Shown here: in pieces, positions 45,538 to 55,323 of the stretch
Layout: each line of letters starts with the position of its first letter
How positions within the stretch are numbered: the stretch's first letter is position 1
Source: Candidatus Omnitrophota bacterium
GTDB lineage: Bacteria > Omnitrophota > Gorgyraeia > Gygaellales > Profunditerraquicolaceae
Length of the DNA: 61,870 bases
Direction of reading: 5' to 3'
Assembly (NCBI GenBank): GCA_026387455.1
Contig: JAPLLR010000025.1
Location: 1-61,870 of the forward strand
The notes under the pieces: generated by a model
Database searches by the model: none
The model's input: the letters and a program-made list of their open reading frames with translations, nothing else
What the model was told of the DNA's origin: nothing
Position numbers and translations under genes: made by a program

Positions 45538-46533
45538 CTATACAATTTCTACTCCCTTTTTACCTTTTACCGCCTCGCCGATCACCCAGCATTTAAGTTT
45601 CTGCGCGGTAAGTTTAGCAATAATGGATTTCGCGGCAAACGGCGCGACAATCAAAACTAAACCAATACCCATATTCAAAGTGTGATACATCTCCCTATCA
45701 TCGATATTTCCTTTATTCTGAATCAGGCGGAATATCGCAGGGACACTCCAGGAAGCTTTATTAAGGCGCACACTGACATTATCAGGAAGGATCCTTGCGA
45801 TCTTATCGTAAAAAGCACCTCCCGTAATATGCGAAATCCCATGGATAGACTTATCGGGCAACAGACTCAATATCTGCTTGACATAAATGCGCGTGGGCTT
45901 CAAAAGCTCTTTGCTCATACGCTTCTGCTCATTAAGAGATAGCGCTTTGCGCGCCAATGAATACCCGTTTGAATGCAGGCCGCTTGACTCAAGGCCGATC
46001 ACCAAATCCCCCGGCCGAATATCTTTGCCGTTAATGATCCTGGACCTCTCCACCACTCCCACGCAGAATCCCGCCACATCATAATCGCCATCCTTATACA
46101 TCCCGGGCATCTGAGCAGTCTCACCGCCTATCAAAGAACATCCTGCCTCAATACATCCGTCATTGATCCCTTTTACAATATCCACAAGCGCGCTTTCACT
46201 CAAACGACTAAAAGCGATATAATCTAAGAAAAACAAGGCCTCAGCGCCTGTGCACAAAATATCGTTCACATTCATAGCCACAGCGTCTATCCCGATAGTA
46301 TCGTGCTTATTGGCGAGCATGGCTATTTTTAGCTTTGTCCCCACGCCATCGCTTGAAGAAACCAGCACCGGATCCTTGAATTTATTCTTATCCAACCGGA
46401 AAAAACTTCCGAACCCGCCGATATCCTGCAACACCTCCGGCCTAAAGGACTTCCTCACTAAGGCCTTGATCTTAAATTTAAAAGCATTAGCTGCCTTAAT
46501 ATCTACGCCAGCCTTCTTATAGGTAACCTTCAT
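45538..46533 (-). CDS. purM: Phosphoribosylformylglycinamidine cyclo-ligase (AIR synthetase)
   Basis: YKKAGVDI start, DGVGTK and GGETA blocks. The ATG at 46533 forms an ATGA junction with the purF stop. Confidence 0.9.
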   Translation of the reverse strand: MKVTYKKAGVDIKAANAFKFKIKALVRKSFRPEVLQDIGGFGSFFRLDKNKFKDPVLVSSSDGVGTKLKIAMLANKHDTIGIDAVAMNVNDILCTGAEALFFLDYIAFSRLSESALVDIVKGINDGCIEAGCSLIGGETAQMPGMYKDGDYDVAGFCVGVVERSRIINGKDIRPGDLVIGLESSGLHSNGYSLARKALSLNEQKRMSKELLKPTRIYVKQILSLLPDKSIHGISHITGGAFYDKIARILPDNVSVRLNKASWSVPAIFRLIQNKGNIDDREMYHTLNMGIGLVLIVAPFAAKSIIAKLTAQKLKCWVIGEAVKGKKGVEIV

Positions 46534-47981
46534 TTGATTATCTCTCCCTGTCCGCAGCAATGTGTTTCAAGCGAAAACTTGCTATGTCTCTTCTCGGCAA
46601 TTATAGGATACTTGCCGGTCCAGCAGGCAGTGCAATAATTCACATCCGCGTGCTTTAAGCACCCGAGCATTCCCTCCAAACTTAAATACCCCAGCGTATC
46701 CACCTCCAAATATTTCCTGATCTTTTCCAATGTGGTGTATTTATTGGCAATCAGCTCACTGGATCTATGGAAATCTATCCCGTAAAAACACGGATGTAAA
46801 TGCGCCGGGCAGGAAATCCTTAAGTGGACTTCCTTGACGCCGGCCTTACGCAGGCTGCGCACGCGGATCTTGGAAGTGGTGCCGCGCACAATAGAGTCAT
46901 CCACCACCACGATACGCTTGGCCCTTAATACATCCCGCAAAAGATTGAATTTAACCCGTACCCCGAGATCGCGTGTATCTTGCGCCGGTTGAATAAAAGT
47001 GCGACCGACATAGTGATTGCGGATAATTCCCATCTCTAAAGGTATGCCTGACTCCGTGGCGTATCCGAGGGCAGCGGAAAACCCGGAATCCGGAACCGGG
47101 ACCACAAAATCCGCATCTACCGGATGCTCTATTGCCAGCCGCTCGCCGAGTTTACGCCTGACCGTATGCACTGTCTCACCGAAAACAACAGAATCCGGAC
47201 GTGAAAAATAGATATGCTCAAAAGTGCAATGCGCGCGCCTGCCGTCGGAAGAAAGCTCCTTAGGCTTTACTGATTTTACGCCCCTTCCATTGATAAAAAC
47301 TATTTCTCCCGGTTCAATCTCACGGATATATTTTGCGCCAATCAGGTCAAATGCGCAAGTCTCCGAAGCCAAACACCAGGAATTTCCCAGCTTTCCCAGG
47401 CATAACGGCCGAAATCCCAGCGGATCGCGCACGCCGATAAGGCTCTTGTTATCCATCATCACCAAAGAATATGCGCCCTTCACTCTTTTTAAAGCATAGA
47501 CAAGACTATCCTGCAGGCCGCAAGATTTGGCCCTGGCCATCAGGTGGATGATGATCTCAGAATCAGTGGTAGTCTGAAATATGGAGCCTGATTGCTCAAG
47601 CTCCTGCCGCAGCTCAAATGAATTGACCAGGTTACCGTTATGGGCGATACAGATAGAACCCTTGGCGTATTCGATCAAAAGAGGCTGGGCATTTTTTACA
47701 ACGCTTGATCCGGTGGTAGAATATCGCACATGCCCCACAGCCATCTTCCCCTTAAGCTTGGCTAAAACCTCCGGGTTAAAGACATCGCTGACCAACCCCA
47801 TATCCTTATGTATAGAAAGGTTTCCCTGATTATTGGTGGCAATACCGCAGGCTTCCTGCCCCCGGTGCTGCAGGGAATATAATCCAAGATAAGTCAACCA
47901 GCTGGCCTGCTTGTTGTTGATAATACCAAATAACCCGCAGTATTCTTTGGGTTGATTATCAACGCTTCTTTTATATATCAT
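46530..47981 (-). CDS. purF: Amidophosphoribosyltransferase (canonical, with propeptide and Fe-S ligands)
   Basis: A propeptide precedes CGLFGI. LQHRGQEA, HNGNL and TDSE are present, with the PRPP loop VVDDSIVRGTT. The Cys ligands are CTFEH, PCFYGID and CTACWTG. Confidence 0.9.
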   Translation of the reverse strand: MIYKRSVDNQPKEYCGLFGIINNKQASWLTYLGLYSLQHRGQEACGIATNNQGNLSIHKDMGLVSDVFNPEVLAKLKGKMAVGHVRYSTTGSSVVKNAQPLLIEYAKGSICIAHNGNLVNSFELRQELEQSGSIFQTTTDSEIIIHLMARAKSCGLQDSLVYALKRVKGAYSLVMMDNKSLIGVRDPLGFRPLCLGKLGNSWCLASETCAFDLIGAKYIREIEPGEIVFINGRGVKSVKPKELSSDGRRAHCTFEHIYFSRPDSVVFGETVHTVRRKLGERLAIEHPVDADFVVPVPDSGFSAALGYATESGIPLEMGIIRNHYVGRTFIQPAQDTRDLGVRVKFNLLRDVLRAKRIVVVDDSIVRGTTSKIRVRSLRKAGVKEVHLRISCPAHLHPCFYGIDFHRSSELIANKYTTLEKIRKYLEVDTLGYLSLEGMLGCLKHADVNYCTACWTGKYPIIAEKRHSKFSLETHCCGQGEIIK

Positions 47982-47982
47982 A

Positions 47983-49377
47983 TTACGGCTCTCTTCCTGT
48001 CCAACAGTAAGTGCATAGGCTCTCTTTAGGCATGCCTATGGCGGAAACCATGTCGTCTAGACGCTGATATTTAAGGGAAGTCACCCCCAGGTCACGCCTG
48101 ATCCAATCTACCATCTTTTTAAACTTCGGCGAGTCTTCATCCACGTAAGTGCTGACGTTTGAAATGTCTTTACCTTCCAGCGCTTTGATGGCCTTTCGCG
48201 CGGCCAGCTCGCTGATGCTGCGGGTTGAGAAATTAAACTTGCAGGGAAACATCAGCGGCGGACAGGCAATCCTCAAATGGATCTCTTTGATCCCTTTTTC
48301 TTTGAGTTTCTGGATAGTGTAATTCTTAAGCTGTGTGCCCCTGACAATGGAATCATCACAAAAAACTATGCGCTTGCCTTTGATAATGTCTGCGACCGGA
48401 AGCAGCTTCATCTTGGCTACCAGATCCCGCCTTTCCTGTGAAGCGGGGATATAGCTGCGATCAAATCCGGGAGTATATTTTACCAGCGGCCGGCGAAAAG
48501 GCACGCCCGATTCCATGGCGTATCCGATAGCGTGAGTAGTCCCTGAATCCGGGATCCCCGCGACGATATCAATCTCAATATTATCATTCTGCGCCAGGCA
48601 CTTTCCGCAACGCTCCCTGACCAGCTCAACATTGATCCCCTCGTATGAAGAAGCGGGAAAGCCGGTATAGATCCACAGGAAGCTACAGATCTGATTACAC
48701 TTGTTGGGTTTTTTCTTTTGCTTCATGCCCGTTGCATTTAACAAAATTATCTCCCCGGGCTCCACATATTTTACAATATCAAATCCCAGATTGCAGAAAG
48801 CCGAAGTCTCCGTGGTCACTGCCCAGTCTTTGCCTTTTTTTCCAATGATCAAAGGCGTATAGCCAAACCTGTCGCGAGCGATATAAATCCCTTCCCTACT
48901 TAATACTAAAAGCGTGCAGGAGCCCTTAATCCTTTCAAACATCCGTTCTATGCCATCAGGTATAGAAGTTCCGCTGATGATAAGTTTAGCAGCCAGCTCC
49001 GTAAGATTGACCTTGCCGTCAGTAACCTCGCTGAAAGAGTGCCCTTTCTTGAACAATTCACGGGCAAGCTCTTTGGAATTATCTATGAAACCGTTGGTGA
49101 CAATCGCAAAAGTGCCAAATTTGGAATTCATCACGATCGGCTGCTCGTCTTTGGCGCTGATCACCCCTATGCCCATGGACCCGTCCAGGTGTTTATAGTC
49201 CTCGTAAAACTTGGACTTAAACTGGCTGCCGCGAATATCGTGGATCTTACGCTTTAACTCGCTGCCGAATACCGCTAAACCGGCAAACTGATTTCCCAGG
49301 TGCGAATGATAATCCGTACCATAGAAAAGATATTCTTGACAACGCTCCTTGGAAATAACCCCGAATATACCACTCAT
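47983..49377 (-). CDS. Divergent PurF-like amidophosphoribosyltransferase paralogue (N-terminal Ser in place of the Cys nucleophile)
   Basis: It starts MSGIFGV instead of (M)CG(I/L)FG, and has HSHLGNQFAG instead of LQHRGQExAG. It keeps the PRPP loop FCDDSIVRGTQ and the Cys positions CSFLW, PCKFNF and CTYCWTG. Confidence 0.7.
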   Translation of the reverse strand: MSGIFGVISKERCQEYLFYGTDYHSHLGNQFAGLAVFGSELKRKIHDIRGSQFKSKFYEDYKHLDGSMGIGVISAKDEQPIVMNSKFGTFAIVTNGFIDNSKELARELFKKGHSFSEVTDGKVNLTELAAKLIISGTSIPDGIERMFERIKGSCTLLVLSREGIYIARDRFGYTPLIIGKKGKDWAVTTETSAFCNLGFDIVKYVEPGEIILLNATGMKQKKKPNKCNQICSFLWIYTGFPASSYEGINVELVRERCGKCLAQNDNIEIDIVAGIPDSGTTHAIGYAMESGVPFRRPLVKYTPGFDRSYIPASQERRDLVAKMKLLPVADIIKGKRIVFCDDSIVRGTQLKNYTIQKLKEKGIKEIHLRIACPPLMFPCKFNFSTRSISELAARKAIKALEGKDISNVSTYVDEDSPKFKKMVDWIRRDLGVTSLKYQRLDDMVSAIGMPKESLCTYCWTGREP

Positions 49378-49379
49378 AA

Positions 49380-50168
49380 TTATGCCTCCCCAAAATGTTT
49401 CTTCGCGTATTCAACGCCGTTTTTAAATATCTGGAGCCCGTCGCCTTCCATATTCTTTTTATTTTGAGTCCAGCGGGGGTGCTGCTGGCGCAAAACATGC
49501 CTTTCCGGATGAGGCATAAGACCTAAGATCCTGCCGGTCTCATCACAAATCCCTGCTATATGATCAGTAGAGCCGTTGGGATTCTCTGGATATCCGGCAA
49601 ATTCACCATCAGCATCACAATACTGAAAAATGATCTGTTTATTTTTCTTAAGCCGCTCTAAAGTCTTTTTATCTTTAGCTACAAATTTACCTTCTCCGTG
49701 GGCCACCGGAAGATAAATAACTTTAGGAAGGCTCTTGGTCCAGACACAATTATTTTTCGTCTTCAAATACGCCCAGCGCGACTCAAACTTTCCGGAATCA
49801 TTGATGATCAGACTGGTTTCCTGCTTCAATAGATCATTGCCGGGAAGCAATCCGCTTTTTACCAGGATCTGAAATCCGTTGCAGATACCGATGATCAATT
49901 TTCCGTCCTTAACGAATTCCCTCAGCTCTTCGCCCAACTTACAACGCAGTTCATTAGCAAACACCTTGCCTGAGGCAATATCATCGCCATAGCTGAATCC
50001 TCCGGGAAAAGCCAGAATAGAATATTCATGCAGATCAATCGTTGCGGAAACCAAGCTGTTTACATGCACGAGGTCCGCTTCAGCCCCCGCCTTCGCAAAA
50101 GCAAAAGCAGTTTCCTTATCGCAATTTGTCCCTGCAGTCCTTAAAACGCAAACTTTAGGTCTTACCAT
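49380..50168 (-). CDS. purQ: Phosphoribosylformylglycinamidine synthase, glutaminase subunit
   Basis: VCVLRTAGTNCD start, the nucleophile block GICNGFQ, and a PHPER tail. Confidence 0.85.
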   Translation of the reverse strand: MVRPKVCVLRTAGTNCDKETAFAFAKAGAEADLVHVNSLVSATIDLHEYSILAFPGGFSYGDDIASGKVFANELRCKLGEELREFVKDGKLIIGICNGFQILVKSGLLPGNDLLKQETSLIINDSGKFESRWAYLKTKNNCVWTKSLPKVIYLPVAHGEGKFVAKDKKTLERLKKNKQIIFQYCDADGEFAGYPENPNGSTDHIAGICDETGRILGLMPHPERHVLRQQHPRWTQNKKNMEGDGLQIFKNGVEYAKKHFGEA

Positions 50169-50188
50169 CTCGCAACTTAACTTTCTAT

Positions 50189-50863
50189 TTATCCCACTCG
50201 TTTCAGGGGAACCTTGTAAAACTTTTTTATCACCTTTACTACTTCCTTAGGCGTATCCACTACCGTAAAAATCTTCAAGTCTTCTTTACTGATACAACCA
50301 TCGCGTAAAACCGTATCCTTAAGCCACTCAACCATGCCCTTCCAGTAATCACTTCCCAGGATCACTACCGGAAACTTGCGGATGCGTAGCGTCTGGATCA
50401 AATTAATAGCCTCGAAAAACTCATCCAGAGTTCCATAACCTCCGGGCATGATTACAAAAGCCTTAGCGTACTTGACGAACATCACCTTACGCACAAAAAA
50501 GTAATGGAAATCCAAAAGCGTATCCACATAAATATTAGCCTTTTGCTCAAGAGGTATCTGGATATTCAATCCGATAGACTTTCCTCCGGCGCGCTGAGCT
50601 CCCCGGTTGCCTGCTTCCATGATCCCTGGTCCGCTACCGGTAATAATAGCGTAACCTTCCTTGGCTAACAAATACGCCGTCTCTTCTGCCAGTTTGTAAT
50701 ATTTATTTCCCGGCTGCAGGCGGCTGGAGCCGAATATGGAAACAGCCTTGCCCACCTGGGATAAAACTTCAAACCCATCTACGAATTCCGACATAATACG
50801 GAATACCCGCCAGGGATCTTCTTTGGTAAAATCATCTTTGGAAGTTCTTCTGTTTCTTATCAT
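50189..50863 (-). CDS. LOG family / TIGR00730 nucleotide 5-prime-monophosphate nucleosidase-type protein
   Basis: ITGSGPGIMEAGNRGA and PGGYGTLDEFFE motifs. Confidence 0.8.
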   Translation of the reverse strand: MIRNRRTSKDDFTKEDPWRVFRIMSEFVDGFEVLSQVGKAVSIFGSSRLQPGNKYYKLAEETAYLLAKEGYAIITGSGPGIMEAGNRGAQRAGGKSIGLNIQIPLEQKANIYVDTLLDFHYFFVRKVMFVKYAKAFVIMPGGYGTLDEFFEAINLIQTLRIRKFPVVILGSDYWKGMVEWLKDTVLRDGCISKEDLKIFTVVDTPKEVVKVIKKFYKVPLKRVG

Positions 50864-50877
50864 ATGAACTTATCCTC

Positions 50878-53769
50878 CTACCATCTCAATGGTTTCTGCC
50901 AGAATTCTTTCAATTCATCTATATCCGCGTTTATGCAGGTTTTCCCGTCCAAACCATACACTTTAAACGCTTTGTTCTTGCTGATGCACCCGGCTAAACC
51001 AAAAGGCAAACCCCTTAACGATTTCTCAAACACCTTCTGATCTTTTTTAGCCACCTCAACTATGAACCGGGAATTTGATTCCGAAAATAGAATGAAATCG
51101 TTCCTGGAATTCTTAGACTTATAGGGAACCTCCGACAAGAATAACTCCATACCTAATCCGCCGCTAAAGGCCATCTCTGCAGCGGCTACTCCAATCCCAC
51201 CTTCTGAACAATCGTGCATCGCCCTTATCAATCCTTTTCCGGTAGCCTTAGACAAAGCACTGAATATCTTCTTGGCCAAAACAGTATTTACCTTTGGCAC
51301 ATTATTCCCTAACGCACCAAATAGGTCAAAATAATGTGAGCCGCCCAGTTCATTAGAAGTCTCACCGACCACATAAACCAGATCACCGGACTCCTTAGCA
51401 TACATGGAAACAGTTTTTTCCACATCATCCATCACTGAGATCGCCGAGATTAGGATCGTTCCCGGGATAGCGATAGACTTACCATGCTCGGTAAACTCAT
51501 TATATAAACTATCCTTGCCGGAAATAAACGGCACACCAAAACCACGGGCAATATCGTAACAACCATAAGCAGTCCTGACCAAACTGCCTAATCTGTCCGG
51601 CTTATCCGGATTACCCCAGCAAAAATTATCCAAAATCGCTACTTCTTTTAAAGACCCGCCTACAGCAATGATCTGGCGTAAAGCCTCATCAATACAAGAT
51701 GCTGCCATCCAGTAAGGATCAATAAAACCAAATCTGAAATTTATGCCGTTAGAAACAATAACCCCTTTTTTGGAATCCAGTAGTGGCTTAACCACGCTGG
51801 CATCCGAAGGCCCATCATTGACTATCCCCGTCAGGGGCTTTAAAATAGTCCCTCCCTGCACCTCATGATCATATTGCCGGATCACCCACTCCTTAGAACA
51901 GATATCATAACGGGAAAGTAATCTCTGCAAAAACGGAGTCAGATCCTTAGCCAAAGGGATCTTCGGCTCACGGTGATGCTGCTGGACATATTCAGCCTTT
52001 TTTTCAATCTTAGGATTGCCCTTATGCAGGAATTGCATATCAATATTGCAGACCAGGTTCCTCTGATAATAAAGCTCTAACTTTCTGGTATCGGTAAATT
52101 CACCAATGACTGTGGCCTCGACATTCTCGGCCTTAAAGAGCTCAATCAGCGCATCGGATTTCTCGGGAGGCACAGCCAGGACCATTCTCTCCTGGGATTC
52201 GGAGATCCAGATCTCCATATAGGATAATCCCGTATATTTAAGCGGAATCTTATCCAGATCTACCCGCGCACCTAGTTCCGAGCCCATTTCACCTACAGCG
52301 CTGGAGAGCCCCCCCGCTCCACAATCAGTAATAGCGTCATAAAGATTTTTGTCCCGTGCCTGCAAAAGGACATCCAACACTTTCTTTTCCTGAATGGGGT
52401 TGCCTATCTGTACCGCGCCACTGGAAACCTTTTCCGACTCATGGGTCAGCTCACCCGATGAAAATGTCGCGCCGTGTATGCCATCGCGCCCGGTGCGTCC
52501 GCCCACCACCACGATGAAGTCTCCGGTCTCAACCTGCTTAAAAGATTTCTCCTTGGGCATAATCCCCACTGTGCCGCAGTAAACCAAAGGATTACCCACA
52601 AAGTGGTTATGGAAAAGTATGGCGCCGTTGACGGTCGGGATACCCATCTTATTGCCGTAATCACGCACTCCGCTGACTACGCCCTTCATCACCCGCTTGG
52701 GATGCAATGTGCCCACGGGCAATTTAGAAAAAGGATAATCCGGTAAACCGAAGCAAAATACATCGGTATTGAGAATCGGCTTAGCTCCCAGACCAGTGCC
52801 CATGGGATCGCGGATCACGCCGCCGATTCCGGTGTTGGCCCCTCCAAAAGGCTCAAGCGCCGAAGGATGGTTATGTGTTTCCACTTTAAAGCAAATATTG
52901 TATCTATCGTCAAACTTGATAATACCGGAGTTATCGTGGAAGACCGAAACACACCAGGGCTTTTTAAGCTCATTGGTAACTTTCATTATCGTGGACTTAA
53001 GGAGATTATCGATTTTTTTCTTGGAGGTCTTTCCGCCTACGACTTCTTTATAATCGATTCTGCCACGGAAGGTTTTATGATAACAATGCTCTGACCAGGT
53101 CTGCGCCACGGTCTCAAGCTCAATATCCGTGGGGTTACGGCCGAGGTTCTTAAAATAAATCTTGATGCAATTCATTTCATCAAGATTTAAGAAAAGCTGA
53201 CCGCGCTGGCTTAACTCCATCAATTTCTTAGTCGTTGCTCCAAACAAATCAATGGTGATCAAGTCAAGCTGATATCCAGTCTCAAGCGTAGTTAACGCCT
53301 GAGACTGAACACCAGGAACAACATGCTGGATCAATTTATTATAAAGAAGCTTCTGGGAAATTATTTTAAGCTGAGAAGCGGTAAACCTTCCCTTGATCAG
53401 ATATTTCTTTGCGGTTTTTACTGCGGTGACACTACTAACCCCTAAGTCGCGGATACCCTTTAGAGCGGATTCCTCAACCGGATCCATAACCCCAGGATTA
53501 TAGGCAACTTCAACGACGTGTTCGCCTAACACCTTGACGCTTCGGAGCTCTAAAACTATTTTATAGCTTTGCGCGATTGGGTCTACCAGAAGCTCTTCAC
53601 AGATCTTGCGCACCTGCTCCTCTGACAAGCTTCCTTCGAGAATATAAACCTGCACAAAAGAGACATCCCTGACTCCGGTTATACCCAGATCAAGGATATC
53701 CTTCTTGATGCCTTGGCCGACAGCATCAAAAATACCAGGCAGATCCCTTATTTCGATTTTCCAGGACAC
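50878..53769 (-). CDS. purL: Phosphoribosylformylglycinamidine synthase II with N-terminal PurS-like module(s)
   Basis: 963 aa with a GTG start. The first ~170 aa contain two PurS-like units (KIEIRDLPGIFDAVG...VDPIAQSY and VVEVAYNPGVMDPVEESA...). The PurL core follows (ETHNHPSA, GGVIRD, GRDGIHGATFSS). Confidence 0.85.
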   Translation of the reverse strand: MSWKIEIRDLPGIFDAVGQGIKKDILDLGITGVRDVSFVQVYILEGSLSEEQVRKICEELLVDPIAQSYKIVLELRSVKVLGEHVVEVAYNPGVMDPVEESALKGIRDLGVSSVTAVKTAKKYLIKGRFTASQLKIISQKLLYNKLIQHVVPGVQSQALTTLETGYQLDLITIDLFGATTKKLMELSQRGQLFLNLDEMNCIKIYFKNLGRNPTDIELETVAQTWSEHCYHKTFRGRIDYKEVVGGKTSKKKIDNLLKSTIMKVTNELKKPWCVSVFHDNSGIIKFDDRYNICFKVETHNHPSALEPFGGANTGIGGVIRDPMGTGLGAKPILNTDVFCFGLPDYPFSKLPVGTLHPKRVMKGVVSGVRDYGNKMGIPTVNGAILFHNHFVGNPLVYCGTVGIMPKEKSFKQVETGDFIVVVGGRTGRDGIHGATFSSGELTHESEKVSSGAVQIGNPIQEKKVLDVLLQARDKNLYDAITDCGAGGLSSAVGEMGSELGARVDLDKIPLKYTGLSYMEIWISESQERMVLAVPPEKSDALIELFKAENVEATVIGEFTDTRKLELYYQRNLVCNIDMQFLHKGNPKIEKKAEYVQQHHREPKIPLAKDLTPFLQRLLSRYDICSKEWVIRQYDHEVQGGTILKPLTGIVNDGPSDASVVKPLLDSKKGVIVSNGINFRFGFIDPYWMAASCIDEALRQIIAVGGSLKEVAILDNFCWGNPDKPDRLGSLVRTAYGCYDIARGFGVPFISGKDSLYNEFTEHGKSIAIPGTILISAISVMDDVEKTVSMYAKESGDLVYVVGETSNELGGSHYFDLFGALGNNVPKVNTVLAKKIFSALSKATGKGLIRAMHDCSEGGIGVAAAEMAFSGGLGMELFLSEVPYKSKNSRNDFILFSESNSRFIVEVAKKDQKVFEKSLRGLPFGLAGCISKNKAFKVYGLDGKTCINADIDELKEFWQKPLRW

Positions 53770-53883
53770 ATTGACTCCAAAATTGTGGGTAGGGAGAAAA
53801 TAGTGGATTAATTTCTATTGCTTTATCAGTTTCTTGTTGACACTTTCTAAATCCGGATTTATTACCCGTAGCATCCCAAACAC

Positions 53884-55176
53884 CTATATTCCCACCTTAC
53901 GGAAGATCTTATTTACGTTGCGCAGATAATAATCCAGATTAAATATCTTGTCTAGATCTTTGGCATTTAAATACTTTGGTACATCTGCATCCTCAAGCAG
54001 GTTCTGCTTGAAATCCGAGCCTTCTTTCCAGGTTTTCATTGCCGCTCGCTGCACGTAATCATAGGCTTTCATCCTTGGCAGGCCGCGCTCCATCAGCTCC
54101 AAAAGTACCCTTTGCGAAAAAATCAGACCATGGGTACGGGCCAAATTCGCCAACATGTTATCAGGATAAACCTGCAGGCCTTCGACAACCTGAATGAATT
54201 TATTCAGCATGTAATCTAAAGCCAGTGTCGAATCAGGTAAGATCACCCGCTCAACCGAGGAATGCGATATATCACGCTCATGCCATAAAGCCACGTTTTC
54301 CATGGCAGCCAGGGCGTTACCGCGCAAAAGCCGGGCCAGACCACAGACCCTTTCGCAGATAACGGGATTACGTTTATGCGGCATAGCAGAGGAACCTTTC
54401 TGACCCTTGCCAAAAGGCTCTTCAGCTTCTAAAACCTCGGTTCTTTGCAAATGCCTGATTTCGGTAGCGAATTTCTCTAAGCTAGAACCAATGATTGCCA
54501 CCCGCGCCATAAAAACGGCGTAAATATCCCGCTGAATTATCTGGGTAGAGATATTCGCCGGCTTAAGCCCCAATTTCTTACAGATATAAGCCTCAACCTC
54601 TGGATCAACATTAGCGAATGTGCCCACTGCCCCGGAGACCTTTCCTACAGAGATTTCCTCTTTGGCTAATTTTAGCCGGACGTAATTACGCTTCATCTCA
54701 TCGTACCAAAGCGCTAATTTTAGGCCAAAAGTAGTCGGCTCAGCATGTACTCCGTGAGTGCGACCAATGCAAACCATATCTTTATAAAGACGCGCTTTCT
54801 TAGCCAACAATTTGAGCAACTTTTCCACGTCTTCAATTAGAATATCGGCGGCTGCAGCAAGTTGTACGCCCAGAGTGGTGTCGATTACGTCAGAAGAAGT
54901 AAGGCCCATGTGCAGATACTTGGCGTCTCGGCCAATATATTCCGAGACATTGGTGACAAAAGCCACGATATCATGTTGGGTCTTCTCTTCTATCCTTTTG
55001 ATTTTATTGAGGTTAAACTTGGCTTTCTTTCTAATGCGGCTGACTGCTTGCTGGGGGACTTTATGTTGTTTGGCGAGAGCTTCTAAGGCGAGAATTTCAA
55101 TGGCAAGCATGGTCTGAAACTTAAACTCATCCTGCCAGATAGCCTTCATTTTGGGTAGCGAATAGCGTTCAATCAT
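53884..55176 (-). CDS. purB: Adenylosuccinate lyase
   Basis: MIERYSLPKM start behind AAGGAGA, with GLTSSDV and SSAMPHKRNP signatures. The ORF-track extension to 55308 runs into the family A repeat and is rejected. Confidence 0.9.
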   Translation of the reverse strand: MIERYSLPKMKAIWQDEFKFQTMLAIEILALEALAKQHKVPQQAVSRIRKKAKFNLNKIKRIEEKTQHDIVAFVTNVSEYIGRDAKYLHMGLTSSDVIDTTLGVQLAAAADILIEDVEKLLKLLAKKARLYKDMVCIGRTHGVHAEPTTFGLKLALWYDEMKRNYVRLKLAKEEISVGKVSGAVGTFANVDPEVEAYICKKLGLKPANISTQIIQRDIYAVFMARVAIIGSSLEKFATEIRHLQRTEVLEAEEPFGKGQKGSSAMPHKRNPVICERVCGLARLLRGNALAAMENVALWHERDISHSSVERVILPDSTLALDYMLNKFIQVVEGLQVYPDNMLANLARTHGLIFSQRVLLELMERGLPRMKAYDYVQRAAMKTWKEGSDFKQNLLEDADVPKYLNAKDLDKIFNLDYYLRNVNKIFRKVGI

Positions 55177-55323
55177 GCGCTCTCCTTCCGCAGAAGCGGA
55201 ATACCGGCCTTTCCTATAAGGCCGGGTATAAGCTTTTCCAGAAACCTTGATTATAGCAGAAAATCCCCTTTTCGCAAATGAAATTAGGGCGAAAACTGGC
55301 ATAGCCACCCCTAGCGAATTGCC

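Noticed and set aside
53770-53883. Purine, ZTP/pfl, T-box or fluoride riboswitches upstream of purL, glyA, trpB2 and eno.
   Set aside because: I looked for the conserved cores I know and found none. These were the purine-riboswitch three-way junction, the ZTP GGGTCGTGACTGGCG...CCGCCTGGGCA-like core, and the crcB GGCGATG...CTGATG core. Most of these genes also have no upstream gap at all. An Infernal/Rfam scan is still the decisive test.
55177-55308. N-terminal extensions in the ORF track. Examples are purB to 55308, spoVG to 21758, Macro-Nudix to 27241, GT4 to 8827, glyA to 40966, trpB2 to 29785, the protease to 28291 and pgeF to 1554.
   Set aside because: In each case an internal ATG has a proper SD or a stop/start junction with the upstream gene and matches the family-typical N-terminus. 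The extensions run into upstream genes or repeats.
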